From: Candidatus Micrarchaeota archaeon
GTDB lineage: Archaea > Iainarchaeota > Iainarchaeia > JAADDC01
Direction of reading: 5' to 3'
Assembly: GCA_027046625.1 (NCBI GenBank)
Contig: JALTXX010000016.1
Location: 32,001-96,000, forward strand
Length of the DNA stretch: 64,000 bases
Below the pieces are notes generated by a model. The model made no database searches and had not been told where the DNA came from. It worked only from the letters and a program-made list of their open reading frames with translations. How positions within the stretch are numbered: position 1 is the first letter of the stretch; each line of letters opens with the position of its first letter. Positions 28,010-37,290 of the stretch are shown in pieces. The position numbers were made by a program, and so were the translations under genes.

Positions 28010-28762
28010 CTATCTTAGGGCTTCCCAGAGGATTTCGTCGTGAGAATACACCTGTATTCCCTTTTCCGTAATAGCTAGAGGATGCACTCTGTTTGAATGT
28101 CTTGTACCTCTCATCTTTCGTATAAAGATTGCCCTGTGGGGCGGTATAAAGTATAGCCTTATCACACCATCTGCTACAAACTCCTCCACTCCAAAGGTGG
28201 AGAACTTCATCCTATCATCCGGAGCTCCTGCTGTAAGAACGGTGGTTACTCCCAACTCCTTTAGCTTATCCAGCAGATAGTACAAGTAAAAATCTACGGA
28301 AGAGGGATCATATGCCCATATACCCTTTGTACTATCTCCTGCAAGTGGAACAGCCCCCAAATATTTTACCAACGCAGTCAGAGAGTCTATGGCAACTCTA
28401 AAGGCTTCAATCTTTGTTACCAGACTTACAATTTCATCCACTTCTTTTCTCCAGTTTTCTCTAAACTGGCGAGGGGAGGATACCCTTACTCTGAAGATCT
28501 TCATGGCATTGGCAACAGAAGTATAATCCCACTTGAAGTTCTGCAGGTTCCACGTGATGTTGGAGGCTGGCTCCTCCAGCGTTATAAACACACCGGGCTC
28601 TTGATAGAGGGACGCTCCTGCGTAGATATATTGCAGTGCAAAGATAGTTTTACCTGTACCCGGACCGCCAACCACCAGAATATTGGAGTTGCGGGGGAAC
28701 CCCCCAGATATGAGGTCATCCAAACCTGGGATGCCTGTCTGTACTCTCTCCACGCTATCCAT
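28010..28762 (-). CDS. KaiC/RAD55-like single-domain ATPase
   Basis: TGIPGLD, GGPGTGKT, ITLEE, IDS, EFVADGVI and KMRGT.H motifs. Confidence 0.92.
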   Translation of the reverse strand: MDSVERVQTGIPGLDDLISGGFPRNSNILVVGGPGTGKTIFALQYIYAGASLYQEPGVFITLEEPASNITWNLQNFKWDYTSVANAMKIFRVRVSSPRQFRENWRKEVDEIVSLVTKIEAFRVAIDSLTALVKYLGAVPLAGDSTKGIWAYDPSSVDFYLYYLLDKLKELGVTTVLTAGAPDDRMKFSTFGVEEFVADGVIRLYFIPPHRAIFIRKMRGTRHSNRVHPLAITEKGIQVYSHDEILWEALR

Positions 28763-28804
28763 TATAGGGAGGAGGTTTATATAGGTTGGTGTAATTAGTC
28801 TTGA

Positions 28805-29461
28805 GTGGAAGAGGGTAAAATTGTGGAACTGGTAAGGGTGCCAGAGTGGAAGAGTATGTTGTATGAATTGGTGGATAAAGGGGAAATTGACCCCTGGAAT
28901 GTAGACATTGTAAGGCTAACAAGCATATTCATAGAGGAAATCAGACAAATGAAGTCAAAAGATCTTTATATACCCGCTAATGTGGTACTAGCAGCTTCCA
29001 TCCTCTTATACCTTAAGTCCTCCATACTGAGGGAAGAAAAAGAGGAGAGAGATACGGAGGTAGTGGAAGATATAGTGCTTCCAGAACCAGAAGATGTACC
29101 CCCTCCGACAGAGGAGGTGGTGGCTCCCCTGAGGCTAACGAGGCGAAAGGTATCCCTGGAGGAGCTCATGAATGTTATGGAGAAACTCATGAAGAAAACT
29201 CCCAAAAAGGAGCCCTATAAACCCCCTGAGGTGGAGGAGGTATTTGCCCTACCTGATGAGGGCGAGGAGGTAGATCTTTACATAGAAGAAGTTTATAGGA
29301 AGGTAAGGAACGCAGAAGTTGTGTATCTGAGAGAGTTATACAATGATACAGAGGAGTTTGTGAGGGTACTATTGGCATTGCTCTACCTTGCGACGGAGGG
29401 AAAGGTAGAACTCATCCAGGAGGAGATTTTTGGGGAGGTACTGGTAAAGGTGGTATCATGA
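28805..29461 (+). CDS. scpA: Segregation and condensation protein A (kleisin)
   Basis: IDPWNVDIV, AASILL..KS and LALLYL...GKV.L.QEE.FGE motifs. Confidence 0.92.
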   Translation: MEEGKIVELVRVPEWKSMLYELVDKGEIDPWNVDIVRLTSIFIEEIRQMKSKDLYIPANVVLAASILLYLKSSILREEKEERDTEVVEDIVLPEPEDVPPPTEEVVAPLRLTRRKVSLEELMNVMEKLMKKTPKKEPYKPPEVEEVFALPDEGEEVDLYIEEVYRKVRNAEVVYLRELYNDTEEFVRVLLALLYLATEGKVELIQEEIFGEVLVKVVS

Positions 29462-29886
29462 TAAATGAGCTGGAAGCTATCCTATTTATCTCTCCTCGTC
29501 CCTTAACCATAAAGGAGCTATCTCAGATGTTAGACACCACCCCACACGAGATAGAAGAACTCTTAAAGGAGTTGGAAAAGAGGTATGCCCCTACTTCCAT
29601 AGAGATAAAGAAATATGGTGATGGTATAAGGATGGAGCTAAAGAAGGAGTACGCACACTTTGTAAACAAATTCAACCTCCTCCCCGAGTTCAGCAAGGGA
29701 GAGCTGAAGGCTATCGCGCTTCTCATGAAGGAAGGAGAAGTATCCATGTCTAAGCTGAGGAAAGTATACAAAAATGCAAAGGAGTTGGTGGAAAAGCTTA
29801 GAAATTATGGGTTTGTGGTGATGAAAAGGGAAGGGAGGTATATAAAGATCCGTAAAACGAAAATCATGGACACCTACTTCAAATGA
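29458..29886 (+). CDS. scpB: Segregation and condensation protein B
   Basis: LEAILF...RPLT..EL winged helix; coupled to scpA. Confidence 0.82.
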   Translation: MINELEAILFISPRPLTIKELSQMLDTTPHEIEELLKELEKRYAPTSIEIKKYGDGIRMELKKEYAHFVNKFNLLPEFSKGELKAIALLMKEGEVSMSKLRKVYKNAKELVEKLRNYGFVVMKREGRYIKIRKTKIMDTYFK

Positions 29887-30278
29887 ATGTGCTGCTCTCC
29901 CTGCCCTTCACCTTTCTTTAGAACGATTTCCAATATTCCATTCCTCTCTTCTACACTCTCCGGTGATGGAAGAACAGTGGATGGTAGCTTGATATATCTC
30001 TCCCCCTTTGGAGTTTCTACAAGAATGTGATCCGTTCTTATGGAAATTTTGCCTTTCTTAATGTTTCTCCTGTCCACCGTTACCACAATCTCATTTCCAG
30101 CATCCACAACCTCGTATGGTACATATATCTTTCTCTTCCTTGGTTTTATGGGGTCAATATGCACATTCCCCTCGGGATCTATGCTGATCTTTACTCCTAC
30201 AGCTCCAGAACTGAAGGCGCTCATCATCCTGTTAAACACGCTGTAGAAGTACTTTTCCAGATCTTCATCCCTGTCCAT
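29874..30278 (-). CDS. Small heat-shock protein (Hsp20-like)
   Basis: IKLP...RNGILEIVLKK alpha-crystallin C-terminus with terminal IxL motif. Confidence 0.75.
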   Translation of the reverse strand: MDRDEDLEKYFYSVFNRMMSAFSSGAVGVKISIDPEGNVHIDPIKPRKRKIYVPYEVVDAGNEIVVTVDRRNIKKGKISIRTDHILVETPKGERYIKLPSTVLPSPESVEERNGILEIVLKKGEGQGEQHIHLK

Positions 30279-30311
30279 CGATACTAAATAGAACGAAGCA
30301 TTTAAAACCAT

Positions 30312-30971
30312 CTATGGGAGAAAGTCCTCAAGGGAGGACTGGGAAAGCTTTTTATTTATTGTTCTAATTGTTTTCCAGCTTCTTCTCACAAAGGTAGGCA
30401 CCCTCCCCATATCCTTTATCCACCGCTCCACGAAGGAAACTGTTTCACTATCGTGAGGGTAGCCGGATCCCACCCTTCCGTATACAGCCTCGATTCCCCT
30501 GATAATCCTGTCTCTTACCACCTTTGCTACTATAGAAGCAGCTGACACCACCGGATATATCCTATCAGCCCTGTGGGACGCTACAACATTCTTTCCGGTT
30601 TTCTCCCTTAGCATCTTTTCGAACCTGTTCGTATCCACATCGGGTGCGTCTACGTATATAATATCCGCTTTCGAGCGGGAGATAAGCCCAGACATAACCT
30701 CCATTTCAAGCCTATTTAAACCTCTAACACTTACGTATTCATCTATTACAAAGGGTTCTACCCTTTCCACTAACACTCTCTTCGAAATGTCAAGAATTTG
30801 GTTGTAAAGCTCCTCTCTCTCCTTGTGATCTAAAAGCTTAGAGTCTTTTACCCCGATCTCCTTCAAAAGATTTTCATCCTCCACCTCAACTAGCGCCACA
30901 ACGAGAGGCCCTACGAGGGGTCCTCTTCCAGCCTCATCTACCCCTGCAATCACATAGGAATAATGGAGCAT
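30312..30971 (-). CDS. rnhB: Ribonuclease HII
   Basis: GVDEAGRGP, DSK, AASIVAKV.RD and GSGYP motifs; C-terminal PIP box QSSLEDF. Confidence 0.96.
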   Translation of the reverse strand: MLHYSYVIAGVDEAGRGPLVGPLVVALVEVEDENLLKEIGVKDSKLLDHKEREELYNQILDISKRVLVERVEPFVIDEYVSVRGLNRLEMEVMSGLISRSKADIIYVDAPDVDTNRFEKMLREKTGKNVVASHRADRIYPVVSAASIVAKVVRDRIIRGIEAVYGRVGSGYPHDSETVSFVERWIKDMGRVPTFVRRSWKTIRTINKKLSQSSLEDFLP

Positions 30972-31006
30972 GTATTTTAAACAACAATACATACTCTTTT
31001 CTATAC

Positions 31007-31459
31007 ATGGAAAACATCCCACACTTTTGCCTAAAGGGCATAGACGAAGAGGGAAGAGAAATAGAGCTATGTGACAAGGATCTAAAGGGGTGGAGCGTAA
31101 TATACTTTTACCCCAAGGACAATACACAGGGATGCACCATAGAGGCAAAGGAGTTTTCTTCCCTGAGGGAAGAGTTTGACAGATTAGGAGTTAGAATTAT
31201 AGGAATAAGCAAGGATAGTGTGGAAAGCCACAAAAAATTCAGGGAAAAGCATAATCTTAGAATTGTGCTGCTGTCCGATCCCTCTACGGAAGTTATAAGA
31301 AAGTTTGGAGCATGGGGTAAGAGGTTTGGAAGAGAGACTACCATCCGTTCCACCTTTATTGTGGATCCAGAGGGTAACATTAGGTGGAAGAAGATTGGCG
31401 TAAAAGCAAAAGGACACGCAAAGGAGGTACTGGACATTCTAAGGGAGTTGATAAGATGA
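31007..31459 (+). CDS. bcp: Peroxiredoxin, BCP family
   Basis: YFYPKDNTQGCTIEA and RSTFIVD motifs. Confidence 0.93.
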   Translation: MENIPHFCLKGIDEEGREIELCDKDLKGWSVIYFYPKDNTQGCTIEAKEFSSLREEFDRLGVRIIGISKDSVESHKKFREKHNLRIVLLSDPSTEVIRKFGAWGKRFGRETTIRSTFIVDPEGNIRWKKIGVKAKGHAKEVLDILRELIR

Positions 31460-31617
31460 TACTCCACTGCAGGAAGTGTGGACTACATTATAGAAGCATC
31501 TTGTGGACCATTCTTTGCAACGTGTGGTGCACTTTCCACACTAGCTGCAACCTTAAAATAATACAACACTCAATTGAATACAGTGAAAAAGGTCCCAATC
31601 ATTGGAGGATTGGGTAG
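31456..31617 (+). CDS. Small Cys/His-rich hypothetical protein
   Basis: ATGA-coupled to bcp; MILHCRKCGLHY...CNVWCTFHTSC. Confidence 0.4.
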   Translation: MILHCRKCGLHYRSILWTILCNVWCTFHTSCNLKIIQHSIEYSEKGPNHWRIG

Positions 31618-31819
31618 CACAGCTTTTGGGACGATAACAGCCTTATCTCCATCGTTTTGCTGCAATCCCATAGTTTTATCTCTGTTAGGAGCTAATGCAA
31701 TCACGCTAGCCTCTATTCTAAAACCTTTGGTGCCATTTTGGCCAACATTTGTTTTGTTAGGTGTTCTTTTGGTGGGATATGGGATCTGGAAGGGAAGAGA
31801 GAAGAAGTGTAAGTGCTAA
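31574..31819 (+). CDS. Small membrane protein with CC motif (MerT/MerF-like metal transporter candidate)
   Basis: SFCCNPIVLSLLG, two or three TM segments, C-terminal CKC. Confidence 0.55.
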   Translation: MNTVKKVPIIGGLGSTAFGTITALSPSFCCNPIVLSLLGANAITLASILKPLVPFWPTFVLLGVLLVGYGIWKGREKKCKC

Positions 31820-31854
31820 TACCTTTTAGAACCTTATGGGGAACAACTCTCAAC

Positions 31855-32112
31855 ATGAGAGGTGTGGTGGTATCCTACAGGAGGGGCAGACACACAACGA
31901 GAACCAACCAAGTAATCATTGAGATACCCGGTGTGAAGAATAGAAAGGAAGCCTCCAAATTTATAGGAAAGAAGGTAGAGTGGGTAACACCTGGTGGCAG
32001 AAAACTAAAAGGAGTGATCACCTCTCCACATGGCAACAGGGGCAGAGTAAGAGCCCGATTCACAAAGGGAGTGCCTGGTCAGATATTGGGTGAAAAGGTA
32101 GATATACTATGA
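31855..32112 (+). CDS. rpl35ae: 50S ribosomal protein L35Ae (eL33)
   Basis: GVVVSYRRG and HGNRGRVRARF..GVPGQ motifs. Confidence 0.95.
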   Translation: MRGVVVSYRRGRHTTRTNQVIIEIPGVKNRKEASKFIGKKVEWVTPGGRKLKGVITSPHGNRGRVRARFTKGVPGQILGEKVDIL

Positions 32113-33086
32113 TAAAAGAGGGAAAGGCAACTATCCTTACAGATAACACTTTCTACAACCCACATGCCAGAGTTCCAAGGGATATATCTGTGTTATTCCT
32201 TTCCGTTATGGAAGTGAGGCACGTATTGGATGCTATGGCAGCCACTGGTATTAGAGGGATTAGATACGCTCTAGAAGCTAGAAAGGAGGTTACCTTCAAC
32301 GATATAGATCCCCATGCTGTGAACACCATAAGGAAAAACCTTGAGCTGAACGGTGTTTCAGGAGAGGTATTAAATGAGGATGTTAACCTTCTCCTCTATG
32401 AGAAGAAGTTTCAGGCCATAGATCTGGACCCATTTGGTAGTCCAGCCCCATTTCTACATTCTCTTTCCCGCTCCATAACCCATAAAGGTGTTATCATGGT
32501 AACAGCAACAGACACCGCTCCCCTATCTGGAAGTTCTCCCCTTTCTTCAAGGAAGAAATACCACACTGTTACCAAAAAGGTTGAGTGGTACAGGGAGCTT
32601 GCCATACGGGTGCTTATAGGATATATACAACACTCTCTATCCCTCTATGAGAAAACATTTGAGCCTATGGTTAGCTTCTTCTACAAACACCATGTAAGGG
32701 TAATGGGAACGGTAAGAAGAACACCCTCCCTTGTGACGAGAAACGCAAAACTAATAAGTCTGTACAACGGTATTGGACCGATTTGGATGGGTCCTATAAA
32801 GAATAATACTATTGTGGAACGAATGTTGAAGAATGCTACAGAGTATATCGTCCCAGAAAGTATAAAGCTCCTTAAAACGCTGTATCAGGAGATAGATACA
32901 ATAGGCTATTACAACCTTCATACCCTCTCGAGCACCCTCTCCATCTCACCACCTCCCTTGGAGGAGGTACTGGAGCTTCTAAGGAAGAAAGGCTTTGAGG
33001 CCTCCCGATCCCACGCTGAACCCCTTGGCATAAAAACAGATGCACCCATAGAAGAAGTGAAGGAGGTGTTACTACGTCTCTCCTGA
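32109..33086 (+). CDS. trm1: tRNA (guanine-26-N2) dimethyltransferase
   Basis: FYNP...RD, ATGIRGIRYA, IDLDPFGSP, TATD and GIKTDAP motifs. Confidence 0.95.
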   Translation: MIKEGKATILTDNTFYNPHARVPRDISVLFLSVMEVRHVLDAMAATGIRGIRYALEARKEVTFNDIDPHAVNTIRKNLELNGVSGEVLNEDVNLLLYEKKFQAIDLDPFGSPAPFLHSLSRSITHKGVIMVTATDTAPLSGSSPLSSRKKYHTVTKKVEWYRELAIRVLIGYIQHSLSLYEKTFEPMVSFFYKHHVRVMGTVRRTPSLVTRNAKLISLYNGIGPIWMGPIKNNTIVERMLKNATEYIVPESIKLLKTLYQEIDTIGYYNLHTLSSTLSISPPPLEEVLELLRKKGFEASRSHAEPLGIKTDAPIEEVKEVLLRLS

Positions 33087-33109
33087 AGCATGAGACGAAG
33101 AGATACGCA

Positions 33110-33637
33110 TTGAAACGCTTTCTTATGGTATTCTTCATTGTACTGCTCTACTTTCTTTATGTATCGTTCCACTTTGGGTGGAAATATGGTATTGTTATAA
33201 CCCTTCTTACTTGGAGCTTCTTTGTTTTATGCACCCCTATAGCGGATGCCGGCCTACTTCTTGATTTTCCCCTGAGAGTGTTGTTAGGCATAAGAATGAT
33301 AAAAAGCGAGATGGCCGTGTGGGCCTTCGCTATCACACTGAACATCTTCTTTCTAACCTTTAACCCTGAGGTGTACAATACCACGGTTCTCCTTCAACTC
33401 TTCTACCACATTCTCACAACCCCCTCCTACTGGATTATTATCGTTCTTTCAGCCATAGGGACTTTCCTTTCCATACACTTTGGTGACGAGCTGCTTGACG
33501 TTATCTTCCACAGGGATAGGATAAAGTACTTCACACACAAGGAGCTCTATGAGCTCATTGTATTCCTAACAATTATTCTTCTTGTGATTGCACTTTACGA
33601 GATGGTTCTTGATCAGCTTGGTATAAGGATTCTATAA
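33110..33637 (+). CDS. Hypothetical multi-TM membrane protein
   Basis: About 5 TM helices with TWSFFVLCTPIADAG segment; start uncertain. Confidence 0.7.
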   Translation: MKRFLMVFFIVLLYFLYVSFHFGWKYGIVITLLTWSFFVLCTPIADAGLLLDFPLRVLLGIRMIKSEMAVWAFAITLNIFFLTFNPEVYNTTVLLQLFYHILTTPSYWIIIVLSAIGTFLSIHFGDELLDVIFHRDRIKYFTHKELYELIVFLTIILLVIALYEMVLDQLGIRIL

Positions 33638-34034
33638 CCTTTACCCATTCCCTAATCTTGTTCACATCCCTGCTCCTCTTCGAGAACCTGCTCCTATCAA
33701 AGTCTATAAACACGATCTTCCCCCTCCAGATCCCGATGTGTCTCTCTGGATGTCTAAGCTCTCTATGTTCTATTCCAATGCTTGATAGTTGTTTCACAGC
33801 CCTTATAATATCGGGTACAAGCCTTAGCTTACACTCAGGGGGGAGTTCATGAAGAAGTGTTACTCTTGGCCTAATAAGGAAAAAAGGAATCCATAGATGA
33901 GGTACAGAGAGACCATGAAGAAAGGCCCTCCATCCTATTAAAAATTCCTTGAATCCCCTCTTCACATTCCAGGAAAACTTTATCACTACTGGGCCAACAA
34001 AGGTAACGTTCCTCGCATTTCTCTTTATGAGCAA
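33573..34034 (-). CDS. Minimal protein-kinase-like protein (RIO/COG2112-like)
   Basis: VVIK, GIEHREL..P.RHI and FIDF motifs. Confidence 0.6.
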   Translation of the reverse strand: MLIKRNARNVTFVGPVVIKFSWNVKRGFKEFLIGWRAFLHGLSVPHLWIPFFLIRPRVTLLHELPPECKLRLVPDIIRAVKQLSSIGIEHRELRHPERHIGIWRGKIVFIDFDRSRFSKRSRDVNKIREWVKVIESLYQADQEPSRKVQSQEE

Positions 34035-34036
34035 AG

Positions 34037-34111
34037 GGTCGGGGCCGGGATTTGAACCCGGGTCTCGGGATCCACAGTCCCACGTGCTAGCCAGGCTACA
34101 CCACCCCGACC
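34037..34111 (-). tRNA. tRNA-His (anticodon GTG) with encoded G-1
   Basis: G-GTCGGGG/CCCCGAC-C acceptor; TGGGA-CT-GTG-GA-TCCCG anticodon arm. Confidence 0.96.
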
Positions 34112-34139
34112 GCCCATGCTTAGATGGTAGGATAAAGTA

Positions 34140-35072
34140 TTAAACCTCTATCCTCTTCACGGGTACCATCTTACCTACATTAAACCCGTGTATGGTTACC
34201 TTTCCGAGCTTTTTCACCTTTCCCCTTATCTCCTTTATAGCATGCCTTATCTCCTTGTCATCGGTGCCTGTAACCACAAGATGATAAGTGTAAGGTATGC
34301 TAGTCCTTTCTAGCAATTCTAGCACCCTTTTATGGCTTTTTATCTTTTCGTCCATCCGCTTGTGAAACTTCTCGTAACTTTCTCCCAGAGACTTTATCTC
34401 ATAGATATTAAGTCTATCTCCCACAAATATGGTATCAAACTCAGAGTTTACCATCTTTCCATCCTCTGTTTGAGGCCTATGGATTAGCACATTTCTGAGC
34501 GGATACCCGCCCCCGTACATGCTATTGTGCATGAGCGCGTATATACTACCTAGTGTTTCGTGGACAGAGTTAGATGCGAGATGGGGGTGCTGGAGGATTA
34601 CTTCCCTGTGTTTCTCTATGAGTTTTACATCTTGATCATTAAAAATAAAGAAAGAGAGGGGTATCGGCTTCCTCTTAATAGTATAGACGTTTTTGTTACC
34701 CTCCATTTTATAGTTTAGGTGCGGTATGTGTACGCAAAAGGTGGGAGCACCCCTCCTCACTATGGAGGCCAGGTAACACATCTTAATCCTTTCCGGTGGT
34801 TTCTCTGACACTTCGTGTGTCTTTTGGTTAAAATATGACATAAATCTAAGGGGGTGAAGTATGCCCCATCCTGTAGCATCTTCTTTCAACGCTCTTTTGG
34901 CTTCATCCTTGTATAGTTGAACATATACTATGTATGTGTTGTTTTTTCTGTTTGCATGGGCAGCAGCAACATCTAAGTATTGTGTTAACTGTCTAGCATC
35001 TTTCTTAACAGCACGAAAAATATTCTTTGCATAGGCTGACACCTTATACAATCGGAAGGATACACCCACCAT
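34140..35072 (-). CDS. Hypothetical protein with a C-terminal PD-(D/E)xK nuclease-like motif
   Basis: SEFDTIFV...IYEIKS. Confidence 0.5.
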   Translation of the reverse strand: MVGVSFRLYKVSAYAKNIFRAVKKDARQLTQYLDVAAAHANRKNNTYIVYVQLYKDEAKRALKEDATGWGILHPLRFMSYFNQKTHEVSEKPPERIKMCYLASIVRRGAPTFCVHIPHLNYKMEGNKNVYTIKRKPIPLSFFIFNDQDVKLIEKHREVILQHPHLASNSVHETLGSIYALMHNSMYGGGYPLRNVLIHRPQTEDGKMVNSEFDTIFVGDRLNIYEIKSLGESYEKFHKRMDEKIKSHKRVLELLERTSIPYTYHLVVTGTDDKEIRHAIKEIRGKVKKLGKVTIHGFNVGKMVPVKRIEV

Positions 35073-35106
35073 ATACTAATAAAGGGTTGGTTTCTAAAAC
35101 CCTCCT

Positions 35107-35763
35107 ATGAGGGTAGACCTCCACACGCATACGTGGTACTCTCCCGACGGCGTGATGAGTCCACGCACCCTAACCCTTCTTTCTAAGAAGAAAGGAATAG
35201 ATGTGATAGCTATTACAGACCATAACAGACTTACAAGGGTGAAAGATTTGCCTATCCCTGTAATATGGGGAGAGGAGGTATACACAGAGAAAGGAGAAAT
35301 ATTGGCCCTCTTTATAGAGGAGGAAATACCCCCCTCTCTGTCTCCAGAAGAAACCATAGATAGGATTAGGGAGCAGGGTGGTATATACATCATACCGCAT
35401 CCATTTGATAGGTTTAGGAAGAAATCCGCCCTGCTTTTACATGATTTTATACCACCAAAGGATGCAATCATAGAGGTTTTGAATGCGAGGTATGTGGAAA
35501 CCTCCTTCTACGAGGAAGCCCTCTCCTATGCAAGAGGAAAGTTTCCCATTACTGCCTCTTCTGATGCCCACACTCCTATCGAGGTAGGGAGGGCGTGGAC
35601 AGAGGTGCCACCTTTCGATGATCTTGAGGAGCTGAAGAGGCTTTTAATAAAGGGAAAGGGCATACCAAAGGGATCCTTTTCTCCACGATGGGTGCATGTC
35701 ACCGTACCTTTCATAAGGTTCCTTCACTCTGTGGGGGTGCTTCCCCTTGAAAGAGATGTTTGA
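35107..35763 (+). CDS. PHP-domain phosphoesterase
   Basis: DLHTHT..SPDG, ITDHN, HP and SDAH motifs. Confidence 0.92.
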   Translation: MRVDLHTHTWYSPDGVMSPRTLTLLSKKKGIDVIAITDHNRLTRVKDLPIPVIWGEEVYTEKGEILALFIEEEIPPSLSPEETIDRIREQGGIYIIPHPFDRFRKKSALLLHDFIPPKDAIIEVLNARYVETSFYEEALSYARGKFPITASSDAHTPIEVGRAWTEVPPFDDLEELKRLLIKGKGIPKGSFSPRWVHVTVPFIRFLHSVGVLPLERDV

Positions 35764-36559
35764 AGAAAAGATAAGGATGTTTATGCGAAGCCAGCACATG
35801 TACAAACCAGGAGATAAAATACTAGCAGGAATCTCCGGAGGGAAGGATAGTCTAATGCTGGGATTAGTGATGAAGTACATAGTTGAAAGGGATGATGTAG
35901 AAGCGGAGTTTCTGCACATAAACTTTGGCCAGCCAGGCTCTGAGCTGGTGGAAGCGTATGTAAAGAGATTCTCAAAGGATTTGGGTATTAAACTACATGT
36001 ATATAGGTTTAAGGAGGATTGGGGCGTTGGGTTCCCTGAGATAGCAACCGTATTGAGGAAAAATGCATGCTCCCTTTGTTCTCAGATGCTTAGGTACTAT
36101 CTACTCTACTTTGGAAGGGATTACGATGTTGTTGCTACTGCACACAACCTTGACGACATCGTTTCCTTTCTTTTGTACAACGCAGCCACAGGAAATACAT
36201 CCTATTCTTCTTCCCTGAAACCTGTGTTGGATACCATAATTGGTGTAAAAAAGGTGAAGCCTTTCTACTACGTTCCAGAGGAGCGGTTAGCAGATGAAGC
36301 AAAGAAAAGGGGTATCACTCCTGTTCCCACGGGCTGTCCCTCAGAGGATGAAGCCCCTACAGTAAGGATAAGAAGATTTCTAAAGGAAATGGAAAGAGAG
36401 GTTCCGGGGTTCAGAAAGAATCTGCTTAGAACTCTTATAAGAATAGGAACACCAACAGATTCAGCACCTAATAAATGTGAAAGATGTGGCATGCCTTCCT
36501 ATGGAAGGATATGCTCCGTGTGCAGGATGAGGGATCGCATTAAAAAGATTGTTTCTTAA
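35756..36559 (+). CDS. TtuA/TtcA/Ncs6-family tRNA thiolation PP-loop ATPase
   Basis: SGGKDS, CSLC and TAHNLDD motifs; C-terminal CERC...CSVC. Confidence 0.88.
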   Translation: MFEEKIRMFMRSQHMYKPGDKILAGISGGKDSLMLGLVMKYIVERDDVEAEFLHINFGQPGSELVEAYVKRFSKDLGIKLHVYRFKEDWGVGFPEIATVLRKNACSLCSQMLRYYLLYFGRDYDVVATAHNLDDIVSFLLYNAATGNTSYSSSLKPVLDTIIGVKKVKPFYYVPEERLADEAKKRGITPVPTGCPSEDEAPTVRIRRFLKEMEREVPGFRKNLLRTLIRIGTPTDSAPNKCERCGMPSYGRICSVCRMRDRIKKIVS

Positions 36560-36569
36560 CATTGTTAAC

Positions 36570-37136
36570 ATGAAGCGCGTCGAACTGCCCCCACTTCCAT
36601 ATGACTACAATGCGCTAGAGCCTGTTATCTCCGAGGAGATTATGCGTTTGCATCATGACAAGCACCATGCCTCTTATGTGAAGGGTGCCAACGAAGCTAT
36701 GGAGAAACTAAAAAACGGCGAAGGAGACCTGCGAGCAGTTTTAAGGGACTTAACCTTCCACATGAACGGACACGTGCTACACACCATTTTCTGGCACAAC
36801 ATGAGACCCCCAGAAGAGGACAATGAACCAAATGGGGAGCTAATGGATGTGATAGAAAGGAACTTTGGTAGCTTTCAGCGCTTCAAAGAATTATTTACCA
36901 GGGCTGCAGTCGGAGTGGAAGGATCTGGCTGGGCGGTACTTGCAGCCAATAAAGACGATTTGTACGTATACCAAGTGGAAAAGCACAACTTAATGCACAT
37001 AGCAGGCTTCAAACCACTATTAGTGATAGATGTGTGGGAGCACGCCTACTACCTAGACTACAGAAATGATAGAAAGAGCTACGTTGAACGCTGGTGGCAA
37101 GTGGTCAACTGGGATGATGTAGAGCGCAGACTCTGA
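36570..37136 (+). CDS. sod: Fe/Mn superoxide dismutase
   Basis: LPYDYNALEP, HHDKHH..YV and DVWEHAYY motifs. Confidence 0.97.
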   Translation: MKRVELPPLPYDYNALEPVISEEIMRLHHDKHHASYVKGANEAMEKLKNGEGDLRAVLRDLTFHMNGHVLHTIFWHNMRPPEEDNEPNGELMDVIERNFGSFQRFKELFTRAAVGVEGSGWAVLAANKDDLYVYQVEKHNLMHIAGFKPLLVIDVWEHAYYLDYRNDRKSYVERWWQVVNWDDVERRL

Positions 37137-37170
37137 TTGCCTTTCTCTTCTTTTATATTCATATATTTTT
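37137..37170 (+). terminator. T-rich archaeal terminator-like tract after sod
   Basis: CTTTCTCTTCTTTT...ATATTTTT between sod and the convergent tRNA. Confidence 0.45.
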
Positions 37171-37182
37171 ACCTAACAAGAG

Positions 37183-37257
37183 CGGACCCGGGGGGATTTG
37201 AACCCCCGACCTTCGGCTTAGGAGGCCGACGCCCTATCCAGGCTGGGCTACGGGTCC
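37183..37257 (-). tRNA. tRNA-Arg (anticodon CCT)
   Basis: GGACCCG/CGGGTCC acceptor; TCGGC-CT-CCT-AA-GCCGA anticodon arm. Confidence 0.96.
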
Positions 37258-37290
37258 ACTAATCCATTCTATGAGATAGATTTGTTTAAA

